Shown here: positions 20,117 through 31,598 of the stretch, one piece after another
How the letters are laid out: every line of letters begins with the position of its first letter
Numbering within the stretch: the stretch's first letter is position 1
NCBI RefSeq assembly: GCF_000195955.2
Contig: NC_000962.3
Span: forward strand, 1,470,001 to 1,502,000
Length of the DNA: 32,000 nucleotides
Direction of reading: 5' to 3'
DNA from: Mycobacterium tuberculosis H37Rv
GTDB lineage: Bacteria > Actinomycetota > Actinomycetes > Mycobacteriales > Mycobacteriaceae
Notes under the pieces: model-generated
The model's input: the letters and a program-made list of their open reading frames with translations, nothing else
Told to the model about the DNA's origin: nothing
Database searches by the model: none
Position numbers and translations under genes: made by a program

Positions 20117-22312
20117 CTAGGCGGGCGTCAGCCACAGCGCCGAAGTGGGCGGCAGCACCAGCACCGCGGACGCCGGGCGGCCATGCCAGGGGTCGTCGGT
20201 GGCGTCCACGCCGCCGAGGTTGCCGATCCCTGAGCCGTGGTAGATCGTCGCGTCGGTATTGAGCACCTCGCGCCAGCGGCCCGCGCGCGGCAGCCCGAGT
20301 CGATAGTCACGGTGTTCGGCACCTGCGAAATTGAACACGCAGGCCAGCACCGAGCCGTCGCTGCCGTAGCGCATAAAGCTCAACACATTGTTGGCGGAGT
20401 CGTTGGCGTCGATCCAAGAATAGCCTTCGGGGGTGGTGTCTAAGCTCCACAGCGCCGGGTGGCATCGGTAGATGTCGTTGATGTCGCGCACCAGCCGCTG
20501 AATCCCGTTGGAGAAGCCGTTTTCGTCGAGTTGGAACCAGTCCAGGCCGCGCTGCTCGGACCATTCGGCGCGTTGGCCGAATTCCTGACCCATGAACAGC
20601 AATTGCTTGCCGGGGTGTGCCCATTGGTAGGCAAGCAGGCTACGCAGGCCGGCGGCCTTGACGTGATTGTTGCCCGGCATCCGCCCCCACAGCGTGCCTT
20701 TGCCGTGCACCACCTCGTCATGACTGAGCGGCAACACGTAATTTTCGCTGAACGCATACAGCATCGAGAACGTCATCTCGTGGTGGTGGTAGCTGCGGTA
20801 CACCGGATCTCGGCTGACGTAGTCGAGCGTGTCGTGCATCCAGCCCATGTTCCACTTCATCGAAAAGCCCAGGCCGCCAATGTTGGTCGGGCGGGTCACC
20901 CCAGACCACGGCGTGGACTCCTCGGCGATGGTGACGATTCCCGGCGCGACCTTGTGCGCCGTGGCGTTCATCTCCTGCAGGAACTGCACTGCTTCCAGGT
21001 TCTCCCGGCCGCCGTGGACGTTGGGGGTCCAGCCGCCCTCGGGTCGCGAGTAGTCTAGATAGAGCATTGAGGCCACCGCGTCCACCCGCAGGCCGTCGAT
21101 GTGGAACTCCTGTAGCCAGTACAACGCATTGGCTACCAGAAAGTTGCGCACTTCCGGGCGGCCGAAGTCGAACACGTATGTGCCCCAATCCAGTTGCTCG
21201 CCGCGTTTGGGATCGGAATGTTCGTAGAGCGGAGTGCCGTCGAACCGTCCCAGGGCCCACGCGTCCTTCGGGAAGTGCGCTGGGACCCAATCCACGATGA
21301 CGCCGATGCCGGCCTGGTGCAGGGCGTCGACCAGCGCCCGGAAGTCGTCGGGTGTGCCGAATCGTGATGTCGGCGCATAGTAGGACGTGACCTGATACCC
21401 CCATGATCCGGCGAATGGATGCTCGGCGACGGGCAACAGCTCCACATGGGTAAACCCTTGATCCACAATGTAATCCGTCAACTCACGAGCAAGCTGGCGG
21501 TAGCTGAGTCCAGGCCGCCACGAACCGAGATGGACTTCGTAGGTGCTCATCGCCTCGTTCACCGGGTTGCGCAGCGCACGCCCAGCCATCCAGTCGTCGT
21601 CACCCCAGGTGTAGTCACTCGACGTCACCCGCGATGCGGTCTGCGGCGGCACCTCGGTGCCGAACGCGAACGGGTCGGCCCGATCGGTAACCACGCCGTC
21701 GGCGCCGTGCACGCGGAACTTGTACAGACCGTCGCAAGGGAAGTCGGGCCAGAACAATTCCCATACCCCTGATGGGCCGAGCACCCGCATGGGGGCTTCG
21801 TGGCCATTCCAACCGTTGAACTCGCCGATCAAGCTGACGCCCTTGGCGTTGGGCGCCCACACGGCGAACGACACGCCACTCACCACACCGTCGGCCGTGG
21901 TAAACGAGCGGGGGTGGGCACCCAGGACTTCCCAAAGCCGTTCGTGGCGGCCCTCGGCGAACAGGTGCAGGTCGACCTCGCCCAGGGTGGGCAGGAATCG
22001 GTACGCATCGGCCACGGTGTGTGGCTCGCAACCTTCATAGGTCACCTGCAGGCGGTAGTCGATGAGGTCGACGAACGGCAATGCGACGGCAAACAGGCCA
22101 GAATCGAGGTGCTGCAACGAGAACCGGTCCTTACCAACGAGCGCGACGACCTCGACGGCATGCGGACGGAACGCTCGGATGACGGTATGGTCGTCGTATT
22201 CGTGGGCGCCCAGGATGCCGTGCGGGTTGTGATGTGTACCCGCCACCAAGCGCGCCATTTCGGCCGGCTCGGGTGCAAGGTGCTCCCCGGTGAGTTTCTC
22301 GGATCGACTCAT
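20117..22312 (-). CDS. glgB: 1,4-alpha-glucan branching enzyme
   Basis: 731 aa; GH13 motifs [70 protein letters not shown]. Confidence 0.98.
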   Translation of the reverse strand: MSRSEKLTGEHLAPEPAEMARLVAGTHHNPHGILGAHEYDDHTVIRAFRPHAVEVVALVGKDRFSLQHLDSGLFAVALPFVDLIDYRLQVTYEGCEPHTVADAYRFLPTLGEVDLHLFAEGRHERLWEVLGAHPRSFTTADGVVSGVSFAVWAPNAKGVSLIGEFNGWNGHEAPMRVLGPSGVWELFWPDFPCDGLYKFRVHGADGVVTDRADPFAFGTEVPPQTASRVTSSDYTWGDDDWMAGRALRNPVNEAMSTYEVHLGSWRPGLSYRQLARELTDYIVDQGFTHVELLPVAEHPFAGSWGYQVTSYYAPTSRFGTPDDFRALVDALHQAGIGVIVDWVPAHFPKDAWALGRFDGTPLYEHSDPKRGEQLDWGTYVFDFGRPEVRNFLVANALYWLQEFHIDGLRVDAVASMLYLDYSRPEGGWTPNVHGGRENLEAVQFLQEMNATAHKVAPGIVTIAEESTPWSGVTRPTNIGGLGFSMKWNMGWMHDTLDYVSRDPVYRSYHHHEMTFSMLYAFSENYVLPLSHDEVVHGKGTLWGRMPGNNHVKAAGLRSLLAYQWAHPGKQLLFMGQEFGQRAEWSEQRGLDWFQLDENGFSNGIQRLVRDINDIYRCHPALWSLDTTPEGYSWIDANDSANNVLSFMRYGSDGSVLACVFNFAGAEHRDYRLGLPRAGRWREVLNTDATIYHGSGIGNLGGVDATDDPWHGRPASAVLVLPPTSALWLTPA

Positions 22313-22319
22313 GAGCCCG

Positions 22320-24425
22320 TCACCTCCTGCGCAGCAGCGTGTTTCGGCTCTCGTAGGGCACGGCTGGCATGTTGATGATGTGGGCGACTGCCCGTGCTGG
22401 GTCGATGCGGATGTAATTGGCTTGCCCCCATTGGTATTCTTCGCCGGTTATCTCGTCGCGCACCCAAAACCGGTCGTAGTCCTCCATGCCCAACGCCGCC
22501 ATGTCCAACCACAGCGTAGCTTCTTCAGGACCAAATGCGTTGAGTGTCACCACCACCAACACGCAGTCGCCGGTGGCCGGGTCGAACTTGCTGTAGGCCA
22601 GCAACGCGTCGTTGTCAACGTGGTGAAAATGAATGGTACGCAACTGTTGAAACGCCGGGTGCAGCCGGCGAATTATATTGAGCCGTGTGATGAACGGCTG
22701 CAAAGATCTACCCTGGTCCAGCGCGCTGGCAAAGTCGCGGGGACGCAATTCGTACTTCTCCGAGTCCAGGTACTCCTCGCTGCCCTCGCGCACCGCACGG
22801 TGCTCGAAAAGCTCATAACCGCAGTACATCCCCCAGGCTGGGCTCATGGTGGCGGCCAGCACCGCGCGGATGGCGAACATGCCTGGACCGTTGTGCTGCA
22901 GCACCGCGTGCAGGATGTCCGGGGTGTTGACGAACAGGTTGGGCCGACGGTAGTCGGCGAGTTCGGCTATCTGGTTGCCGAATTCGGTGAGCTCCCACTT
23001 GGTCGTGCGCCAGGTGAAATAGCTGTAGGACTGCGTGAAGCCGAGCTTGGCCAGCCCGTACTGGCGGGCGGGCGGGGTGAAAGCCTCGGACAGGAACAGC
23101 ACGTCGGGGTCGACGGTCTTCACCTGCGCGATCAGCCAGGCCCAGAAGTTGGGTGGTTTGGTGTGGGGATTGTCGACGCGAAAGAACTTGACGCCGTGGT
23201 TAACCCAATGTTGCACCACGCGCAGCACTTCGTCGTACAGGCCCTCGGGATCGTTGTCGAAGTTGAGCGGATAGATGTCCTGGTACTTCTTCGGTGGATT
23301 CTCCGCGTAGGCGATGGTGCCGTCCGGCAGCTCGGTGAACCACTGCCGGTGTTCGCGGGCCCACGGATGATCCGGTGCGCATTGCAGCGCCAGGTCCAGC
23401 GCGACCTCCATGCCCAGATCGCGTGCCGCGGAGACGAAGTCGTCGAAGTCGTCGATGGTGCCCAGGCTGGGATGAACGGTATCGTGACCGCCCTCATCGC
23501 TACCGATCGCCCACGGCGATCCCACGTCTGTCGGTGCGGCGGTGGGCGAGTTGTTGCGACCCTTGCGATGCACCTTGCCAATTGGATGGATCGGCGGCAG
23601 GTACACCACGTCGAACCCCATGCCGGCGATGCGCGGAAGTTCTGCCGCAGCGGTGGCGAAGGTGCCGTGTACCGGGTTGCCGTCGTCGTCCCACCCGCCG
23701 GTTGAGCGCGGAAACATCTCATACCAAGCGCCGAACCGGGCCAACGGCCGATCCACCCAGACGCCGAATTGCTCGCCCCGGGTGACCAGGTCCCGCAGCG
23801 GATAGTCGGCCAGCAGCTCTTCGATTTCCGGTGTCAGGGCCAACGCGGTGCGGGTCACCGGGTCACCGGGGGTCCGCAGCGCTGCCGCGGCCGCCAGGAG
23901 GGGATCGCGTAACCCGCGCGGCACACCGGTCGCCGCGCGCTCCAACAGCACCGCGCCTACCAACAGGTCGTTGGACAGCTCGGTCTCTCCCTGGCCGGCA
24001 TCTAGCTTGGCTATCAGCCCATGGCGCCAGGTGTGGATCGGGTCACCCCAACCATCCACCCGGAAGGTCCACAATCCGACCCGGTCGGGGGTGAACTGGC
24101 CGTGGAAAACGAAGGGCTCCTGGCCGCTCGTCATCGGGATCAGCAGCGGCTTGACGCGTTGTTGGGGCTCGCTCGGCGTCGGAAGCACCCTGGCCCGGGG
24201 TCTGTCGGTGAGGTGTGGGTAACGCACTCCGAGGTAGCGCACGACCAGCGTCGCTGCGACGGCCTCGTGGCCTTCACGCCAGACCGCCGCGCTGACCGGG
24301 ACCACCTCGCCGACCACCGCCTTGGCGGGATATACGCCGCACGAAACGACGGGCGCGACGTCATCGATTTCGACACGACCGGGCACCCACCACTCCGTTT
24401 CCGTTCCGATTGCCCGGCCACTCAC
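22320..24425 (-). CDS. glgE: Alpha-1,4-glucan:maltose-1-phosphate maltosyltransferase GlgE
   Basis: 701 aa from GTG at 24425 ([30 protein letters not shown]...); [74 protein letters not shown]. Confidence 0.96.
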
Positions 24426-24563
24426 CGGGACATCTTGTATGTGTCGTTCCTTGTGTGTCCTTCTTGCGCCCGATACCCACCCTAGTATCCGATCACACCC
24501 GCGAAGGCACAGCGGTCGGCGGGCGCACTGCACGCGGTGGCATCCTCAGTAAGGTAAGGACGC

Positions 24564-27155
24564 GTGAAAGCCCTTCGCCGGTTTACCGTCCGAGCCCACC
24601 TACCCGAACGTCTTGCCGCCCTGGACCAGCTGTCTACCAATCTGCGGTGGTCCTGGGACAAACCGACACAGGATCTGTTCGCGGCGATCGACCCTGCACT
24701 GTGGGAGCAATGCGGTCATGATCCGGTGGCGCTGCTGGGCGCGGTGAACCCAGCGCGTCTCGACGAACTTGCGCTGGACGCAGAATTTTTGGGCGCCCTC
24801 GATGAGCTGGCGGCCGACTTGAACGACTACCTGAGCCGTCCGCTGTGGTATCAGGAGCAGCAGGACGCCGGGGTAGCCGCACAAGCCCTGCCGACCGGGA
24901 TCGCGTACTTCTCGCTGGAGTTCGGGGTAGCCGAGGTGTTGCCTAATTACTCGGGCGGTCTTGGGATTCTCGCCGGCGACCATCTGAAATCCGCGTCCGA
25001 TCTGGGCGTGCCGCTGATCGCGGTGGGGTTGTACTACCGCTCCGGCTACTTCCGGCAATCGCTTACCGCGGACGGCTGGCAGCACGAGACCTACCCATCG
25101 CTGGACCCGCAAGGGCTGCCGTTGCGTCTGCTCACCGACGCCAACGGGGATCCAGTGCTGGTCGAGGTCGCCCTGGGAGACAACGCCGTGTTGCGCGCCC
25201 GGATCTGGGTAGCGCAGGTGGGTAGGGTTCCGTTGCTCTTGTTGGATTCTGATATCCCGGAGAACGAGCACGACCTGCGCAACGTCACCGACCGCCTCTA
25301 CGGTGGCGACCAGGAACATCGCATCAAACAAGAGATCCTGGCCGGCATCGGCGGGGTGCGGGCGATTCGTGCGTACACCGCCGTCGAAAAGCTCACCCCG
25401 CCTGAGGTCTTCCACATGAACGAGGGCCACGCCGGATTCCTCGGCATCGAACGCATCCGTGAACTGGTCACCGATGCGGGTTTGGATTTCGACACCGCAT
25501 TGACTGTGGTGCGGTCCAGCACGGTGTTCACCACTCATACTCCCGTCCCCGCCGGGATCGACCGGTTCCCGCTCGAGATGGTGCAGCGCTACGTCAATGA
25601 CCAGCGCGGCGATGGCCGGTCTCGGCTGTTGCCTGGGTTGCCGGCCGACCGCATCGTCGCGTTGGGCGCCGAGGACGATCCGGCCAAATTCAACATGGCA
25701 CACATGGGCCTGCGGCTGGCGCAGCGGGCCAACGGCGTCTCGTTGCTGCATGGCCGGGTCAGTCGTGCCATGTTCAACGAGCTGTGGGCGGGATTCGACC
25801 CCGATGAGGTGCCGATCGGCTCCGTCACCAACGGTGTGCACGCGCCCACCTGGGCGGCGCCGCAGTGGTTGCAGCTGGGCCGCGAGCTGGCCGGGTCGGA
25901 CTCTTTGCGCGAGCCCGTCGTTTGGCAGCGACTGCATCAGGTCGATCCTGCTCATCTGTGGTGGATCCGCTCACAACTGCGGTCGATGCTGGTGGAGGAC
26001 GTCCGGGCGCGGTTGCGGCAATCATGGCTGGAACGTGGTGCAACGGATGCCGAACTGGGTTGGATCGCGACGGCATTCGATCCGAATGTGCTCACCGTCG
26101 GCTTCGCCCGGCGGGTCCCGACCTACAAGCGGCTGACGTTGATGTTGCGCGATCCCGATCGGCTCGAGCAACTGCTGCTCGACGAACAGCGGCCGATCCA
26201 GCTGATAGTGGCTGGGAAGTCGCACCCGGCCGACGACGGGGGCAAAGCGCTGATCCAGCAGGTGGTGCGGTTCGCCGACCGGCCGCAGGTCCGCCACCGC
26301 ATCGCCTTCCTGCCGAACTACGACATGTCGATGGCCCGGCTGTTGTACTGGGGCTGCGACGTCTGGTTGAACAACCCGCTGCGGCCGCTAGAGGCGTGTG
26401 GTACCTCGGGCATGAAAAGCGCGCTTAACGGCGGGCTGAATTTGTCGATCCGTGACGGCTGGTGGGACGAGTGGTACGACGGCGAAAACGGTTGGGAGAT
26501 ACCGTCTGCCGACGGTGTGGCGGACGAGAACCGTCGCGACGACCTGGAGGCCGGCGCGCTCTACGACCTGCTGGCACAAGCCGTGGCACCGAAGTTCTAC
26601 GAGCGCGATGAACGCGGGGTGCCGCAGCGGTGGGTAGAGATGGTCCGGCATACCCTACAAACGCTCGGGCCCAAGGTGCTGGCTTCTCGAATGGTGCGCG
26701 ACTACGTCGAGCATTACTACGCGCCGGCGGCGCAGTCTTTTCGCCGGACCGCGGGCGCCCAGTTCGACGCGGCCCGCGAGCTGGCCGACTACCGCCGGCG
26801 CGCGGAAGAAGCGTGGCCCAAGATCGAGATTGCCGACGTCGACAGCACCGGTCTGCCGGATACTCCACTGCTCGGGTCCCAGCTGACCCTGACGGCAACC
26901 GTGCGGCTGGCCGGGCTGAGGCCAAACGACGTGACGGTGCAGGGGGTGCTGGGCAGGGTCGACGCCGGCGATGTGCTAATGGATCCGGTCACCGTCGAGA
27001 TGGCGCATACCGGCACCGGCGACGGCGGCTACGAGATCTTCTCGACGACGACGCCGCTGCCGCTGGCGGGGCCAGTCGGATACACCGTGCGGGTGCTGCC
27101 TCGCCACCCGATGCTGGCCGCCAGCAACGAGCTCGGCCTGGTCACCCTGGCCTGA
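24564..27155 (+). CDS. glgP: Glycogen phosphorylase / alpha-glucan phosphorylase
   Basis: 863 aa; IAYFSLEFGVAEVLPNYSGGLGILAGDHLKSASDLGVPL, HMNEGHAGFLGIERIREL, EACGTSGMKSALNGGLNLSIRDGWWDEWY. Confidence 0.97.
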   Translation: MKALRRFTVRAHLPERLAALDQLSTNLRWSWDKPTQDLFAAIDPALWEQCGHDPVALLGAVNPARLDELALDAEFLGALDELAADLNDYLSRPLWYQEQQDAGVAAQALPTGIAYFSLEFGVAEVLPNYSGGLGILAGDHLKSASDLGVPLIAVGLYYRSGYFRQSLTADGWQHETYPSLDPQGLPLRLLTDANGDPVLVEVALGDNAVLRARIWVAQVGRVPLLLLDSDIPENEHDLRNVTDRLYGGDQEHRIKQEILAGIGGVRAIRAYTAVEKLTPPEVFHMNEGHAGFLGIERIRELVTDAGLDFDTALTVVRSSTVFTTHTPVPAGIDRFPLEMVQRYVNDQRGDGRSRLLPGLPADRIVALGAEDDPAKFNMAHMGLRLAQRANGVSLLHGRVSRAMFNELWAGFDPDEVPIGSVTNGVHAPTWAAPQWLQLGRELAGSDSLREPVVWQRLHQVDPAHLWWIRSQLRSMLVEDVRARLRQSWLERGATDAELGWIATAFDPNVLTVGFARRVPTYKRLTLMLRDPDRLEQLLLDEQRPIQLIVAGKSHPADDGGKALIQQVVRFADRPQVRHRIAFLPNYDMSMARLLYWGCDVWLNNPLRPLEACGTSGMKSALNGGLNLSIRDGWWDEWYDGENGWEIPSADGVADENRRDDLEAGALYDLLAQAVAPKFYERDERGVPQRWVEMVRHTLQTLGPKVLASRMVRDYVEHYYAPAAQSFRRTAGAQFDAARELADYRRRAEEAWPKIEIADVDSTGLPDTPLLGSQLTLTATVRLAGLRPNDVTVQGVLGRVDAGDVLMDPVTVEMAHTGTGDGGYEIFSTTTPLPLAGPVGYTVRVLPRHPMLAASNELGLVTLA

Positions 27156-27165
27156 CCCGCCGAGA

Positions 27166-27213
27166 AGACGCAAAAGCTCCTAAATCTGGCCGATTTAGTG
27201 GGCTTTTGCGTCT
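27166..27213. repeat. Interrupted inverted repeat at the convergent glgP/dinG junction
   Basis: Outer arms AGACGCAAAAGC (27166-27177)/GCTTTTGCGTCT (27202-27213); inner arms CTAAATC (27180-27186)/GATTTAG (27192-27198). Confidence 0.9.
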
Positions 27214-29189
27214 GCTCGCGCAAGGCGCCGCAGGGCCGCGCGCACTTGCGTGGCGTTGGTGGTCTGCCAAAAGGGCGGCAGCGAGGCTCGCAGGAATTCG
27301 CCATAGCGGGCGGTAGCCATCCGTGAATCGAGCACCGCAACCACGCCCCGATCGGTGACGCGCCGTAACAGCCGGCCGGATCCCTGTGCCAGCAGCAGCG
27401 CCGCGTGGCTGGCGGCGACCGTCATGAAGCCGTTGCCGCCACGGGCGGCCACCGCACGCTGGCGGGCACTCAGCAGGGGATCGTCCGGCCGGGGGAACGG
27501 GATGCGGTCGATCAACACCAACGACAGCGACGGTCCCGGCACGTCGACCCCCTGCCACAGCGACAGCGTGCCGAACAGGGAGGTCGCCGCATCGGCGGTG
27601 AACTTCTCCACCAGCGTGGACGTACTGTCGTCGCCCTGACACAACACCGGCGTGGACAGCCGTTCGCGCATGGCCTCGGTGGCTGCCCGGGCGGCCCGCA
27701 TGGACGAGAACAGCCCCAGGGTGCGCCCACCTGCAGCGGTGATGAGTTCGGCGATCTCGGTCAGTTGTTCGGCCGAGCCGCTGCCGTCTCGGCCCGGCGG
27801 CGGGAGATGGGCGGCCACGTAGAGGATTCCCGACTTTGCGTGCTGGAAAGGCGAGCCCACGTCCAGGCCACGCCAGGGCGTGTCTGCAGTCAGGCCCCAT
27901 GCCGTGGCCATCGCGTCAAACGACCCGCCGATTGTCAGCGTTGCCGAGGTCAATACGGTCGTTGCACGGGCGAACACCTGGGTGGCCAACAGCTCGGCCA
28001 CCGATAGCGGAGCCACCCGCAGCACCGCGCGAGCCGATTCGTGGTTGTCCTCGTGCTCCAGCCAAACCACGTCGCTGCGGTCAGGGATAGCGGGGGCGAA
28101 CGACGCCAGGATTCGTGACGCGGTATCGGATATTTCGGTCAGTACCGCGCCCGCTTCGGCGCGCACGGACGCCGTCGTGGTGTCGCTGCCGGTATCGATC
28201 GCTGAGCGCGCCGCACTGGCCGCATCGCGCAGCGCGCTCAGATAGGTCGCCATCTCGTCATCGAGGCAATCAATGCGGCCCGGTCTGGCGTCGTGAATCG
28301 CCGAACTGAAGGTAGCCGAAGCCGCCTGAAGCCGCTGGGTCACTTTCGGGTCGACCAGCCGGGTGATCCGTCGTGCGGCCATACCGAGCGTGGCAGACGT
28401 CAGCTCAGCGGCGGCTACCGAGGTCACCCGGTCGGCCAATTCGTGAGCCTCGTCGACAACCAGCAGCCGATGTTCTGGCAGTACCGCCGATTCGGCGACG
28501 GCATCGATGGCCAGCAGCGCGTGGTTGGTGACGACGACATCGGCCAGGCCGGCCGCTCCACGAGCCCGTTCGGAGAAGCACTCCGAGCCAAACGGGCAGC
28601 GGGCCACGCCGAGGCATTCCCGCGCCGAAACGCTGACCTGCGACCAGGATCGGTCTCCCACACCGGGCTTAAGGTCGTCGCGATCACCAGACACGGTCGT
28701 CGAAGCCCAGGCGGTTAGCCGTTGCACATCGCGTCCCAGCGCGGTGACCGCCACCGGGTCGAAGAGCTCCTCCTGCGGCCGCTCGTCGTCATGGTCACTG
28801 GCTGTGACTGAGTTGTGGATCTTGTTCAGGCACAGGTAGTTCCGTCGACCTTTGAGCAGGGCGAACTTCGGTCGGCGGGGGAGCGCATTGGTGAGCGAAT
28901 CTACCAGCTGGGGCAGGTCACGATCGACGAGTTGACGTTGCAAAGCGATCGTCGCCGTCGACACCACGACCGGCGCGTCGTCGCAAAGAGCGCGGATGAT
29001 CGCGGGAACCAGATACGCCAGCGACTTGCCGGTTCCGGTGCCGGCCTGGACCACCAAGTGCTCACCGGTTTCAAACGCATGCGCTACCGCGGCGGCCATC
29101 TCTTGCTGGCCGCGACGCCGGGTGCCGCCAAGTGCCGCCACGGCGATGGCAAGCAGCTCAGGCACAGACATGGATACCGACTCGGACAC
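27195..29189 (-). CDS. dinG: DinG-type ATP-dependent helicase (XPD-like, DEAH)
   Basis: 664 aa; Walker A VVQAGTGTGKSLAYLVPAI, LLVVDEAHELADRV, GTLSLWQGVDVPGPSLSLVLIDRIPFPRPDDPL, QGSGRLLRRVTDRGVVAVLDSR. Confidence 0.96.
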   Translation of the reverse strand: MSESVSMSVPELLAIAVAALGGTRRRGQQEMAAAVAHAFETGEHLVVQAGTGTGKSLAYLVPAIIRALCDDAPVVVSTATIALQRQLVDRDLPQLVDSLTNALPRRPKFALLKGRRNYLCLNKIHNSVTASDHDDERPQEELFDPVAVTALGRDVQRLTAWASTTVSGDRDDLKPGVGDRSWSQVSVSARECLGVARCPFGSECFSERARGAAGLADVVVTNHALLAIDAVAESAVLPEHRLLVVDEAHELADRVTSVAAAELTSATLGMAARRITRLVDPKVTQRLQAASATFSSAIHDARPGRIDCLDDEMATYLSALRDAASAARSAIDTGSDTTTASVRAEAGAVLTEISDTASRILASFAPAIPDRSDVVWLEHEDNHESARAVLRVAPLSVAELLATQVFARATTVLTSATLTIGGSFDAMATAWGLTADTPWRGLDVGSPFQHAKSGILYVAAHLPPPGRDGSGSAEQLTEIAELITAAGGRTLGLFSSMRAARAATEAMRERLSTPVLCQGDDSTSTLVEKFTADAATSLFGTLSLWQGVDVPGPSLSLVLIDRIPFPRPDDPLLSARQRAVAARGGNGFMTVAASHAALLLAQGSGRLLRRVTDRGVVAVLDSRMATARYGEFLRASLPPFWQTTNATQVRAALRRLARADAKAH

Positions 29190-29212
29190 GGGACGTGGTC
29201 ACATCCTTGCGC

Positions 29213-30559
29213 TCAGGCCGGGATCGTGCGTGTCGGAATCGCCGGCTCGCCGGGTGCCAATTTCAGCCCGTCGCCTGGCAGGCTGCGCAACCCGGATGCC
29301 ACCAGCTGCCGTGCCGCGGCCAGGCTGGTATCGGCTACCGGTTGCCCGGCGCGGACCAGTGGCAGCGTCAAAACCCGGTGCGGCTCGACAATGACCGGCG
29401 GACGGCCCGCCGGATGCACGAGCTCCTCGGTGATGGTGCCCGTCGCACGGGAGCGCCGCAGTGCCTCTTTGCGGCCGCCGGGGGATTCTTTGTAGCTGCT
29501 GCGCTTTTGCACCGGTACACCGTCTACCTCGACCAGTTTGTAGACCATGTTGGCGGTCGGCGCGCCCGACCCGGTGACCAGCGACGTGCCCACGCCGTAG
29601 CTGTCGACGGGTTCACCGCGCAACGCGGCGATGCTGAACTCGTCAAGGTCGCCGGACACCACGATGCGCGTCCGGGTGGCTCCTAGCCGGTCGAGCTGCT
29701 CCCGCGCTTGGCGGGCCAGTACCCCAAGCTCACCGGAATCGATGCGGATCGCGCCGAGCTCAGCGCCGGCGGCGGCAACGGCATTGGCCACACCGGTCGT
29801 GACGTCATAGGTATCCACCAGCAGCGTGGTACCGGGTCCCAGCGCTTCGACCTGGGCGCGGAATGCGGCTCGCTCGGCTAGTTCGGTGGGGCCGCCATGC
29901 TGGGCGTGCAACATGGTGAATGCGTGTGCCGCGGTGCCGTGCGCGGGCACTCCGTAGCGTCGCTGCGCCGCCAAGTTGGATGACGCGGCGAAACCGGCGA
30001 TATACGCCGCCCGGGCCGCTGCCACCGCGGCGCGTTCGTGGGTGCGCCGCGAGCCCATCTCGATCAGTGGGCGCCCCCCGGCGGCGCTGACCATGCGCGC
30101 CGCTGCCGAGGCGATCGCTGTGTCGTGGTTGAAGATTGACAGCACCAGCGTTTCGAGCAGGACGCATTCGGCGAAGCTGCCGCGTACCGAGAGCACCGGT
30201 GACCCGGGAAAATACAGCTCCCCCTCGGCATAGCCGTCGATATCGCCGCGGAACCGGAATTCGCGAAGATACCGCACCGTGGCCGGGTCGAGGAATTGGG
30301 CCAGCAACTCGCACGCGTCAGCGTCGAACCTGAACTGCGGCAACGCTTCCAGCAACCGGCCGGTTCCGGCGACAACTCCGTAGCGACGGCCGGTGGGGAG
30401 TCGGCGAGCGAACACCTCGAATGTGGTGGGGCGATTGGCGCTGCCGTCGCGCAGGGCAGCCGCCAGCATGGTCAACTCGTACTTGTCGGTCAACAGCCCG
30501 GCTGGGTCTTGATTGTCGGGCTCTCCCTCTCGCCGCCTGGCGGCTGGGGGTGGCCCCAC
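29213..30559 (-). CDS. pncB1: Nicotinate phosphoribosyltransferase
   Basis: 448 aa from GTG at 30559 ([39 protein letters not shown]...); [76 protein letters not shown]. The 509 aa track ORF is over-extended. Confidence 0.94.
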
Positions 30560-30660
30560 AGCGGTCCGACGCGGTCCGCAGCGTCGCCCGGTTGGGACCC
30601 AGTCGTTCACACCGCCACGGTATCGGCTCGCGGCCACGGTGCGCTGGGTATCCTGGGGCC

Positions 30661-30966
30661 ATGGCTGTTGTGTCAGCGCCCGCCAAGCCAGGTACCACCT
30701 GGCAGCGCGAGTCTGCTCCGGTCGACGTGACGGACAGGGCATGGGTCACCATCGTGTGGGACGACCCGGTCAACTTGATGAGCTACGTGACTTACGTGTT
30801 TCAGAAGTTGTTCGGCTACAGCGAGCCGCATGCCACCAAGCTGATGTTGCAGGTGCACAACGAAGGTAAGGCGGTGGTGTCCGCGGGCAGCCGAGAGTCC
30901 ATGGAAGTCGACGTGTCCAAGCTGCATGCCGCCGGTTTGTGGGCGACGATGCAGCAGGACCGGTGA
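30661..30966 (+). CDS. clpS: ATP-dependent Clp protease adaptor ClpS
   Basis: 101 aa from ATG at 30661; [71 protein letters not shown]. Confidence 0.96.
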
Positions 30967-31582
30967 GATTCGAGGATATTCGGGATCCATCGTGCGCAGG
31001 TGGAAGCGCGTCGAGACCCGCGATGGTCCCCGCTTTCGATCGTCGTTGGCTCCGCATGAGGCCGCCCTGCTCAAGAACCTGGCAGGCGCGATGATCGGGC
31101 TGCTCGACGATCGCGACTCTTCTTCGCCGTCAGACGAACTCGAGGAGATCACCGGCATCAAGACCGGGCATGCGCAGCGTCCGGGTGACCCGACCTTGCG
31201 TCGGCTGTTGCCGGATTTCTACCGTCCCGATGACCTGGATGACGATGATCCGACGGCCGTCGACGGCTCCGAGAGCTTCAACGCTGCCCTGCGCAGCCTG
31301 CACGAACCTGAGATTATCGACGCCAAACGTGTTGCCGCGCAGCAGTTATTAGACACGGTTCCGGACAATGGCGGCCGGTTGGAGCTGACGGAATCCGACG
31401 CCAATGCTTGGATCGCCGCCGTCAACGACCTTCGGCTGGCGCTCGGAGTGATGCTTGAGATCGGCCCGCGTGGGCCGGAGCGCCTGCCGGGGAACCACCC
31501 GTTGGCCGCGCACTTCAATGTCTACCAGTGGCTGACAGTCCTGCAGGAATACCTCGTGCTGGTGCTGATGGGGTCTCGATGA
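30926..31582 (+). CDS. DUF2017-type conserved protein downstream of clpS
   Basis: 218 aa longest ORF; core [41 protein letters not shown]...; GTG at 30992 is an alternative start that avoids overlapping clpS. Confidence 0.85.
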
Positions 31583-31598
31583 TCTGCGCGGCGGCCCG

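Noticed and set aside
22290-23705. 471 aa + strand ORF
   Set aside because: Antisense to well-supported glgE; high-GC shadow ORF without recognisable domain.
30560-30742. Upstream extension of the pncB1 ORF (509 aa)
   Set aside because: Extension runs antisense into clpS and is low-complexity; the GTG at 30559 gives a normal length enzyme.
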